Shown here piece after piece: positions 23,201 through 35,200 of a DNA stretch of 64,000 nt. The notes under the pieces are model-generated. The model had not been told where the DNA came from and did not search any database. It saw only the letters and a program-made list of their open reading frames with translations. How positions within the stretch are numbered: position 1 is the stretch's first letter; every line of letters begins with the position of its first letter. Origin of the DNA: Heptranchias perlo. Its lineage: Eukaryota. The position numbers were made by a program, and so were the translations under genes. The stretch spans positions 45,694,001 through 45,758,000 of the forward strand of contig NC_090342.1 of NCBI RefSeq assembly GCF_035084215.1, written 5' to 3'.

Positions 23201-26200
23201 TAATAACAAAATTAAAGACAAAAATGTTCTTAAAGTTATCTGCTTTACTGAAACAATAACATTAAGCAGAGTTTGACCATAAAGAGCCAATGCACTTTCT
23301 GATGAAATATTACATAGGAAACTATTAATCGAATGGTCATTTTCCAAGTGACATGACGTGTGTCTAATTTACCTCATCTAGATACAGTGACTGTGTACAT
23401 CACAGTCATGCCAGTAAACGAATTTCGTCCATCCTTCACCCAGACGTCTTATACTTTCAACATATCCGAATTCAGTGAAAGTAAGTAAACCTCCAACGGC
23501 ACTGAGGTAAAACCATCTCGTTCAGTTATTCCTTTTCTGGTTAAGGTTCAAGTGAGCACAAGACATTGCTTAAACAGCCCAGTGATAAAAATTGGCGTAA
23601 AACAAGCAGAAAATCAGCGAAATCAAATCGGGGCCTGAGGAAAGAGTGGGACACAAGCCACCTTCCTTCTTTAAGGTCCCTCTTTATCTTTTTGTGATGC
23701 AAATTAAAGTTTGAAACAATCAAACCATCATTTATGCACATTAAGCACAAAATGTTTAAGAAAATACAATTGTGGAAGCTTTTCTCTTTTTAATGCAACA
23801 GATTCTGATGCCATAAAAAAAGCATTCAAATATATAGAAAACAGAGTGCAGGATTCAATAAGGAGAAATAAAGAAGTGCTACAATATGCTAGAAATAGTG
23901 ACTTTGGGTCCCCAAAATTTTGGGCATAAATTTAGACAAAATTGGTAAATTGGCATCAATGCAGGAAACTCGCATTCTCTGACCTTTTGCATGGGCCGGG
24001 ACTACGTTAATGAGCCAAGTGGGGTTTGGGTGGATGTAATTAGAGAGGGGCGCAAATTCGCAGTTCATAGGAATAGGAGTAGGCCATTCAGCAGGAAAGG
24101 ATGCCCCAGAGCATGGTACATTGGCAAGACCATGCAGACGCTGCGACAACGGATGAACGGACACCGCGCAACAATCGCCAGACAGGAGGGTTCCCTCCCA
24201 GTCGGGGAACACTTCAGCAGTCAAGGACATTCAGCCACCGACCTTCGGGTAAGCGTACTCCAAGGCGGCCTTCGAGACACAAGACAACGCAAAATCGTCA
24301 AGCAGAAATTGATAACCAAGTTCCGCACCCATGAGGACGGCCTCAACCAGGATCTTGGGTTCATGTCACGCTACACGTTACCCCACCAGCGAACAAATGT
24401 TATCTGTCATTTCCACGGCATTCACCAGAGGAAGGAGGAAGCCTCCGAAAGCTTGTGAATTTCAAATAAAATTGCTGGACTATAACTTGGTGTTGTAAAA
24501 TTGTTTACAATTGCCATTCAATTAGATCACGGCTGATCTGTATTTTAACTCCATCTACTCGCTTTAGTTCCGTAACCCTTAATGCCCTTGCCTAACAAAA
24601 ATGCTAAACGAGCGCTCTACCATTTGAGCTCATTCCCCGGTTTGGCATGAAACCATCATAAATCAGTTACACGTGAATTTCGTCGGGATGAAAATGGCGC
24701 AGCATAGCTCTTACACTCCAGGAAATTCCAGGCCATTCTAACAAATCTCCATGTGGTGTTGTACACAGTTTATCTTCAGCAAACCTGGGCTCTCTTATCA
24801 TTACCATTCAGACAATTACGTGCCTCATTAGACCCCAAGGTAAAAAGCAGCATGTGGTCAACCATGACTTACTATCTCAAGGAATTCATGGTGAAGCTCA
24901 TCATTTGTTTATAGTTTGCAACCCATAGCTAAAAGACATTAGAATACAAGGAACAAAGAAATGCCATCCTGCTCACTCCATCACACAGATCCAGTCTAAC
25001 CACTTTTGATCCTTAACTGATCCAAAAACTGATCTAACAACACCCAAGCATAAAATCATTTATCAGCGCACAGTAACCAAATGAACATTGTAAGAATTTA
25101 ATTTTATTAGATAAGGTTCTCTCTCGTTTCCAATTTATCTTGGAAATGGAGAAGTGTCTCATTTACATTCACAATATCCCAAGCTGCTGGATGTCTTAGT
25201 TCTAACTATTTCATTGGGTGGTTTGGTTTTGTAACCAATCAGCTGACTAATATGTTAAAAACCGGCAATAAGTTAACGCAAAGTATCAGAACGATTATAT
25301 TAGTTTAAATAAAAGAGAATGTTGTTATATTTGAACCAAATTTTTGCTGCCATTATAATAGTCCCTAGAGGAAAAATTGCAATTTGTTATTGATCTGATC
25401 TTGATCTGTAGATCTCCTTCAATGGCTGATATTTTCCGGTCCTCTTAGAATGGAGAAATGGAATTTGTAAAACGAATAAGTTAACGTTGATTTTAGCACA
25501 ACATGATTACAACACTCCATGTTAACAATTTGTGTCATGTTGCACTGAGTGCACACATATGAAAATGGAAAAATTGGGAGCATAGAAACCTTCAAACAGA
25601 AAATGACATGATTGTACACAATGTAACAGACTGGTATGGTGAATAATGACTGCTCAATCAACTGTGAAAGACCCAGATTGGGAAAATCTTCAGAAATGAA
25701 AAAAAATGGAAGTAACATGCCTTCTCCATTGTGATATTCCACATTTTCTTGGGGCATCATTAACTATTCCCGGAAGCACTGCCGATGCGCATTTCAAAGG
25801 AGATCAACAACTTGCATTTATATAATGTCTTTAACGTAGTAAAACATCTCAAGGCACTTCACAGGAGTATAATCAGACATTAGGACAGGTGACCAAAAGC
25901 TTGGTCGAAGAGGTGTGTTTTAAGGAACGCCTTAAAAGGAGGAGAGAGAGGTGGAGAGGCAGAGAGGTTTGGGGAGGGAATTCCAGAGTCTAAGGCCTAG
26001 ACGGCTGAAGGCATGGCTGCCAATGGTGGGGCGAAGGGAGTGGGGGGTGGACAGGAGGTCAGGGTTGGCGAAACGCAGATTTCTCGGAAAGTTGCAGGGT
26101 TGGAAGAGGTATAGAGATAGGCAGATTGAATGTAGTGAAATTAGCAACAGTGCCAGCACAATAGTGTAACTGTACAATGTTATCTAATAACTGCTTCTCT

Positions 26201-29200
26201 GTTCTTTCCTTTCCAGTAGGAACAAAGGTTGGACAAGTGCTTGCAGAAGACAAAGATTTTCCTGTCCTTGAACTCATTTACTCACTTATAGGAGGGGGAA
26301 GCACACTGAGCTACAGTCAGTTGTTTTGGATTAACCCAACCTCAGGGGAAATACACCTTGTGGCCCAACCAGACTATGAGGCAACTGCCCAATATTTCCT
26401 TACAGTGCAGGCTGTTGAAATAGATCCTGATGATCCAAAAGCTGCTACAACTACTGTAAGTAGTTTCTAATACTAAAGGTTCGTTCACCTGCGAGACATG
26501 TTGCAATAAACATTAACTAGATATCGGGGTCATGGTTTTGAATTTTAACAAGAAAATTAATCCAACGCTGAAATATTCAGCAGAATATATATATTTTTTA
26601 AACTCTTTCACTGCTGGGTTTACAATTTTCTCTCAGTACCAGGAAGACAATTTTGTACTCAGTTACTGAGCCATGCAATTTTAAAACACCTCTCGTTTCA
26701 CCATTGACATTGGCTGACATTGTGAAGGCATTAATTGAGGAAGTTAAGTTTAACACACCACAGGAATTTGCCTGGCATATTTGCAATACAAATTCTTGAT
26801 CAAATTGCGAGATGAAACACGTGGTGGAGCCAGAATGCTGCACTGCCAGAGGGGGGTAGCTATCCAAATCATACAACTCCTACAGGGCTATAAAGGAATG
26901 ACATTGACAAGTCACTTCCCATCTCTCCCTGATCCAGCAGCCCTTGTTTTCTTGCACGATTTTCCACCCTTTCCCTCACCGATATAAGCTACTCATTGCT
27001 GATTGTGGGACCTTGCTGTGTGAAAACTGGCTGCCGCATTTCCTCCATTATAACAGTGACTACACTCAAAAAGTACTTCATTGGCTGTAAAGCGCTTTGG
27101 GACATCCGGAGGTCACAAAAGGCGCTATATAAATGCAAATCTTTCTTTAGGAACTCGCCTAAATAGAGTTGGTTTAAAATCAGCTGATCACTGCACTATG
27201 CCATGCAGTCAGTGTTTGGTTAAAGCAGCAGGCACAAAACCTGCTGTAATAATTCTCAACTACTTCCATTGAAAATCTTCCTTCCAACATCCAAAGTAAT
27301 TGAATAGATAAGGGAAGAAAATTAACCCACTAAATTAAACACTACAGGGGGTGAATATTTGCAGGATCCTCCTGTAACTACAGTGGGGGAGCTGTGGAAA
27401 CCTCGGAGAAACAGCGTAAACAGGAGAACCCCCACGGAAATTTGTACCCATGTTTCATGAACTTTTTGAAGGGTGTGCAGTCTTTTGTAAAAGTGCACTT
27501 TCATCTGGTATTTCAATTAATGGAGGAAATAATTGTTGTCCCTGTGGCTGACCAGGTAATTCAGCATGAACCATATCAAAAAGGAATGTCCCAGTTCGAT
27601 CTCTGTCGTGTGCTAAGTTGAATGATCTTGGCCACGGCACTGGTAGGGGTGCTACATTGACTTAATTTCCCTGGGCTGGAGAGAAGGCTAAAAATTCAGT
27701 AAGGGTTCCCCACTCCTGATTGCAACGTAGTGACTCCTTACCAGAAAGCTTACATGGTAGACAGTGCGTGAGGACAAGATCGGGGGTTAGCTTTGATGAA
27801 TTCCCATCAAAGAGACATTTACGGTCTAAATTCAAAGATGAACAGCCACGTGGGTGGGTTACTGGAGGGCACTTGATCCCTTGGCACTGTACCTAAGCAC
27901 GAGGCAGCTTAGGACAAAGGGGATCGATATTTGAGGTAATTCAGGAAACCATGTATTTTCTTGCTAATTAGATACTGTTCTGTTCTAGGTCACAGTCAGT
28001 ATTCTTCCAACCAATGATGAACCACCTGAATGTCAGCCAAAGTTTTATTCACTGGTGATTTTTGATGACATAGCTGTGGGAACAAACATTCAGGGGTTTC
28101 AGTTATCCTGTACAGACCGGGATTCTTCCCCTCAGTCTCTCCGTTACTCCATAACTTTAGGTACGTCAATGAATAGCCTGGTGGAACCATTCTTGTTTTT
28201 CTATCTTGATTTGGACACGTCTCTTCAAGGTGTACTTAAAATCATAGAATGATACAGCACAGAAGGAGGCCATTCAGCTAATCGTGCCTGTGCCAGCTCT
28301 TTGAAAGAGCTATTCAATTAGTCCCACTCCCCTGAAAATTTTTCCCCTTTAAGTATTTATCCAGTTCCCTTTCGAAAGTTATTATTGAATCTGCTTTCAT
28401 CGCCCTTTCAAATAGCGCATTCCAGATCATAACAACTCATTGCGTAAAAATCGCATCTGGTTCTTTTGCCAATTACCTTAAATCTGTGTCCTCTGGTTAC
28501 CGACCCTTCTGCCACTGGAAACAGTTTTTCTTTATTTACTCTATCAAAACCATTCATGATTTTGAACACCTCTATCAAATCTCCTCTTAACCTTCTCTGT
28601 TCTAAGGAGAACAATCCCAGATTCTCTCGTCCCTCCACGTAACTGAAGTCTTTCAACCCTGGTACCATTCTAGTAAATCTCCTCTACGGCCTTGACATCC
28701 TTCCTAAAGTGTGGTGCCCAGAATTGGACACATTACTCCAGCTGGGGCCTAATGTTTTATAAAGACTTAGCGTAACTTCCTTGTTTTTATACTTTATGCC
28801 ACTATTTATAAAGCCAAGGATCGCATAGGCCTTTTTAACAGCCTTCTCAACTTGTCCTGCCACCTTCAAAGACTTGTGTACGTACACCTCCAGGTCTGTC
28901 TGTTCCTGCACACCCTTTAAAATTGTACCATTTAGTTTATAATTCCTCTCCTCATTCTTCTTACCACACTTCTCTGCATTAAATTTCATCTGCTATGTGT
29001 CTGCCCATTTCACCAGTCTGTCTATGCCATCTGAAATCAGCTACTATCCTCCTCAATGTTTACTACATTTCCAGTCATTAAGTTTGTATTTGTTCCTTGG
29101 TGATTTAAATGACAGGAAGAGAGAACGTGGTCACCTTGCTTACACTTGGCCCTAAGTTAAGGGGATTGATATCAAGCTTTTGACAATGAATATGTAAAAT

Positions 29201-32200
29201 TTTAGGACCTCCAAACTGAAGGCTGAAACCCGAAAAGATCAACCAATTATCTTTGATGATCTAAAGTGCAGATCCTGGTGCCAGCTTTGCACAGATTAAT
29301 ACAATCATAAAGGAGCCTGAAAGGTAGAATGGCCTGTCAGGCCTTTCAAAAGTCTTAGTACAGAAGAATTGCACCATACATGCTTCTTTGCTGATCCACT
29401 CTGTTTGATGGGGTTACTATAGTCTTGCTAATGGCAATGACATCAATAGCTGATGTTGAGATAGATCGTGAATTTTTAATAAGCTAATTCTGTACAAGTA
29501 GAGTGATCGATCAATTCATCGTTTTCGGGTAGCACAATTTCGACATTCTAACATTTAATTTTGGGCTTGTGTCTGCTCGTCTATGTTTTCAAAAATGTTG
29601 AAAACAAATGCTCACATGTCTGTACAACATCAAAGGCAAAGTTAGGAGCAATGAATCCTATCCCAACCCTAGTAGCATTATGCCAACTCCTTCAGAATAA
29701 TGGCTGTCAAAAGCATCGAGTTTTTAATGTTGTTTTGCAATGAGAAGAGCTAGCTGTTGGCTTTTCTGTTTAAAACCTTAAACGGTGTCTGAAGTACTGA
29801 TTGAAAAAAATGATAGAAAATAACCATTTTCGATTATGTGAACCATAATCATAAATGTGCAACTTAAAAGTGTAGGATGAGTTACCTTTTGGAATACAAG
29901 GCCTTAAAAGAGTTTTTGTAATTGTTGTTTGTCAGTAAACGACTTTAATCAGGTCACTTTCTGTATCAGGTAATATCAACAACCACTTCAGACTTTCTCC
30001 CAATGCTGGATCCAACATCACTAAGCTGATACTTGCACTTCCTTTTGATTATACTCATGGTGTTGACAAAGTCACAGATTATAAACTCATTGTTCAAATA
30101 ACTGATGACAACCTACTGACTGGGAGCACAGAGAGGAAGGTCATACAAACAGGGAGAGTAAGGATCAACATCAGAGTTATTATCCCTACACCCAGTACTC
30201 AAGAAACAACCACAACAGTAAGTACATCAGAGTATCCACAGGCGATATACCTTATGGGAGTGAAGCATCAATAGCAAAACAAAATAAAGCCTCTAAAAAC
30301 AGTTATTCTTCCTTTAGTCATGAATCTGTCTCTGATTCAGAATCCCAGCTCCTTGCTCCAACTATTCAAACAATGAAAAGTTAGTGTTTAAATTTCCTGC
30401 TCTCAGTGGGATGTAATTTTAGAACCACAGACGTGTCCATGTTCAGTTATTCGACTAATTAGAACACTGGAATTTTTTCCACTAGTTTACATTGCTATAC
30501 TAGCAGATCTGCAATGATGTTGGTCACAGTGAGTTGACCATTACATTGATGTAAGGAGATGCTGGGGTGTGCAAGTGGAGGTAGGGTGCGTGCCTTCACT
30601 GAATGGATTTAGAAAGATGTTTGTAAGAGAACTGCCCTGGGAATATGAAGTCAATGCTTTGGATTGGTTTGTAGAAAATAAGTATTTCCCTTTTCCAGTG
30701 AAGTAAATCAGAAAAATACATTTAAACAGAAGCAAATACTGCAGATGCTGGAAACCTGAAATAAAAACAGAAAACGCTGAAAACACTCAGCAGATAAGGC
30801 AGCATCTGTGCAGAGAGAAATAGAGTTAACGGCCTCGATTTTAACCATCCCTCCGCCCCCCCCCCCCCGCCACCTGACGGGTAGGAGAAGGTCAGGGGAG
30901 GTGGGGGAGTTAAAATATCAGGATCAAGCAACCTGATCTTTTTGCCACAGAAAATACTACCAACTGAATTAAACTCATACATATTGTATTTGTATTGCAC
31001 AATTAATCTTAGAATGTCTATTCACAATTCAAATACTAGAAATTTAAAATAAAATGCACAGCAGATTCATCATCATCTAAAAAAAAGAGAAACGATGGGT
31101 TAGCATTTCAGTAAGAGATCTTCATCAGATGCTGAGGGACCTGCTGTGTATTTCTGGCATTTTCTGTTTTTACAGCAGTTTCAGAATTTGGTTGTTGATT
31201 GACCCCAACACAAACCTGAAATCAATCAAATGAAACTGAAAGTATCTGAAAAGAACCTACAACTTAATGGTCAGATTCACACTGGTGATTGGTGCAAACA
31301 GATCCTCTCACTTAAATTATAACACTCCTCCCTAGAATATTCTTGCTTCTTAGGAAACTTTTAGCTCCTGCTTCAATGCTTACCTGTGTTCCATTTAATT
31401 ACCATGGCGACAATCTCATACTGAACACGAAGGATGCAAAAACAATGAGAATAAACAAACCATTTATTTCAAGTCATCAGTGGTTTCTCACTAAGAGTTT
31501 CATTTCTGTTTGTTCACAGCCCAATATAACATATATCAGGCTATCTCAGAACACCTATCAAGCAGATGCTTGGTACATACCATTCCTTATCACCTTGTGT
31601 TGTTTATTGCTGCTCGGAATGCTGGGATATTTAACGCATCTTTTGGCTAAATATATCCGCTCCATGCCAAAGTCAAAAATCAAGAAAAAGCCACTGTAAG
31701 TTACAATCATCACTCTGCTCATCAGACCGGTTCATTCCAGTCAATCCAAGTATTCTTTACATCTTATTTCAGTAATCCACTTACAACTCATCCTTTGACA
31801 GCAGTTTATTTACACTCCTATGGGTTTAATTTTCTCTGGTAGCGCACGTTTATTTAACACGTTTATTTAAAAGTCTTTCACACACGACTGTAAAGTGGTT
31901 GGTAACCGTTGAACAGCACACAAAAGGAGCCCCTTAGTCTAAAATCCCACGGTTCCACAAAATTCTGTTGAAGTTAGTAAGGGTAAAATTAAATAGTTTA
32001 CACGAAGCCATCTTAATTAGCCATGCTTTTATCCGGTTATAAAAGGGAGAAGGCCTCCTTAGGTCTACATGGGCATGTTGAAGTCATGCTGTGCAATGTT
32101 ATTAATGAAGCACTAACGCGGAAATCTTTTCACAGCCAAAGGCCTTTGTTAAAATACCAGACAAAGAAATTTCAGACAAACATGTTAACAAATTGATTAC

Positions 32201-35200
32201 TAATATCATGCAACCTTCCCATTTCTCTAGTCAGGTTGCATTGTGTTAGATTCCAGCTGAGACGATGGCTAAAAAGCTTTTTTTTCCCCTGCTGGTGTGG
32301 GAAATGGCAATGGTCCAAGATATCCATCTAAAGTTGGGGTTGAGACTTGCTGGGAGAGAATAGAAGGGACTTGTTGCTGTGCCTAAATCTGGTTATACTT
32401 GACGCAAGAATGCTTAATGCTCATGCTGAGCGTTCAAAGTGAAGGTTTCGTTATTTTTAAATTCTTAACAAATGCAATAATTTACAAAGGTAGATGATAA
32501 ATCACCTCTCATTGTCTTATTACAAATGTCTGGTTGTTTAACTGGTAGTGCATAACATCACAGGATATCTTAACCTGCAGGCAGATTTCACAACAGTTCC
32601 CCTTAATGTGGGGCCTGCTCTTTCTCAAATTACAAATCAGGAATATGGAGCCATACATTCTTTTGTGTTGCACAACAGACACCAGCATCATGTAAACAGA
32701 CATTCCCTGTCTATTGAAATATATATTTGAACATTATAAGTTATGGTACATGTGTACAATTCAGTTCCTGCATTTGGAGAACCACTCTTAAGCAAATGAC
32801 TTGTTTGCCACATACTTCGCCAACAATGCCACATATAGAGCTCAATTCTGTTCCAATATGCTTTGAGGTTTTTCAAAGGCATTCAATAAGGTGCCACACA
32901 AGATTAGGACTCATGGGATTGGGGGTAATATGTTAGCATGGATTGAGGATTAGTTAACAGACAGAAAACAGAGAGTAGGAATAAATGGGTAATTTTTGGG
33001 TTGGCAGGTTATAACTAGTGAGTTGCCACAAGGATCAGTGCTTGGGCCTCAGCTGTTTACAATATATATTAATGATTTAGATGAGGGGACCGAGTGTAAT
33101 GTATCCAAGTTTGTTGACGATACAAAGCTAGGTGGGAAAGTAAACTGTGAGGAGGACGTAAAGAGTCTGCAAAGGGATATAGACAGGTTAAGTGAGTGGG
33201 CAAAAAGGTGGCAGATGGAGTATAATGTGGGAAAATGTGAAATTATCCACTTTGGTAGGAAGAATAGAAAAGCAGAATATTTTTTAAAAGGTGAGAGACT
33301 AAGAAATGTTGGTACTCATAGGGATTTTGGTGTCCTAGTACACGAATCACAGAAAGTTAACCAGCAAGTAATTAGGAAGGCAAATGGTATGTTAGCCTTT
33401 ATTGCAAGGGGGTTGGAGTATAAGAGTAAGGAGGTCTTGCTGCAATTATATGGGGCTCTGGTGAGACCACACCTGGACTACCAGTTTTGGTCTCCTTCCC
33501 TAAGGAAGGATATACTTGCCTTAGAAGCAGTCCAACGAAGGTTCACTGGATTGATTTCTGGGATGAGAGGGTTGTCCTATGAGGAGAGATTGAGTAGAAT
33601 GGGCCTATATTCTCTGGAGCTAAGAAGAATGAGAGATGATCGCATTGAAACACGTAAAATTCTTAAAGGGCTTGACAGGGTAGATGCTGAGAGGCTGTTT
33701 CCGCTGGCTGGAGAGTTTAAAACTGGGGGTCATGGTCTCAAGGTCGGCCATTTCGGACAGAGATGAGGAAAAATGTCTTCACTCAGAGGGTTGTGAATCT
33801 TTGGAATTCTCTACCCCAGAGGGCTGTGGATGCTCAGTTGTTGAGTATATTCAAGACTGAGATCGATAGATTTTTGGACACTAGGAGAATCAAGGGATAG
33901 GGTGGGAAAGTGGAGTTGAGGTAGAAGATCAGCCATGATCTTATTGAATGCCGGAGCAGGCTCGAGGGGCCGTATGGCCTCCTTCTTATGTTCTTGAGGT
34001 AAAGTGTGCTGAGGCAGGAAATACAGCCCTAAAGTACATATGGAGGCATAAAATAATGTCAAAAGTCAGAAATTTGTTGGGCCACAGAGATGCTTTCAAA
34101 GAGCGAAACATAGTAAAAATGTATTTATACTTTAACAGAGAAAATATTGATACATAACTAATTACCATGTAAATATTGCTCTTTGTTTCACTGCAACAAA
34201 TCACATTGCTGAATATGGAGTGGGATCAACTTGGATGGATCTGCATAGACAAGTTAAAGGGCCTCTATTTTTATACTAAAAGAATACATTCAGAAATGAA
34301 TGCTGAACAATTTCAGCCACAATATAATCCACACCTTCTGCAGCGTTTGGTTAATGTAAACAGTTGGATAAGGATGGCATCGCATTAAAAGGGTTGAACT
34401 GTAGATAAGTTATGTCAAACTGTGAAGTGGTTTTAGAACAGGCGCATTCTTTCACTGTATCAGTCAACTTTCATCATTTGTCACACACTATTAAGAATAT
34501 CACCCTGTGAATTCCTAAGAAATTTGTCTGTACAAGTTGTGGCAATTTAATTTGCACTGGAAGATTTTATGGGAAAGTCAATTGTTTCATATATTTGTAC
34601 GAATTTTAACTTACCATCGTTTAACAGACTGGAAAAATAATTACTAAAAAGAGGTAATTGCACCAGATTTTGTTACCCAATTTAAACAGAATAGACCAAA
34701 AATAAACTGAATGTTTGCCTTAAAATTCTATTGATGAAATCTTTGAAAATGGTAGAAGTTAATTCAATCATTTTTTTCCCCTTTCTTGTTCCAGGATAGA
34801 AGAACAAGGTGAGTGCTTCCAACTTTCTCGATGTTTTTCAGTGTGATTGGAACTTATAGTTTTTTCTCATTGCAATGGAGTAAGTGAACTTTTCCTTTGT
34901 TAAATATAGAACCCAAGAAGAAGAAGAAGAAGAAGCACAGTGTGATTGTGGTGAGTTTCCAAATGACCAGCAGATAACAATATTTTTTGCACATGGTATT
35001 CAAAAATCTGGCTGCTTTACACTTCCTCATGTGACCATCTCCTCTGGGAATCTCTTGGCTGGTTTAGAGCTCCAAATGATAATTTGATTTGCTAATTACA
35101 CCAAATTCACTCTAGAAGTCTGACACTCAGTATTTTGTTTCCAAGGTCCTTTCGAAGCTGAAACATAATGAACTCCAACAGGACTGTGAATTTACCAACA

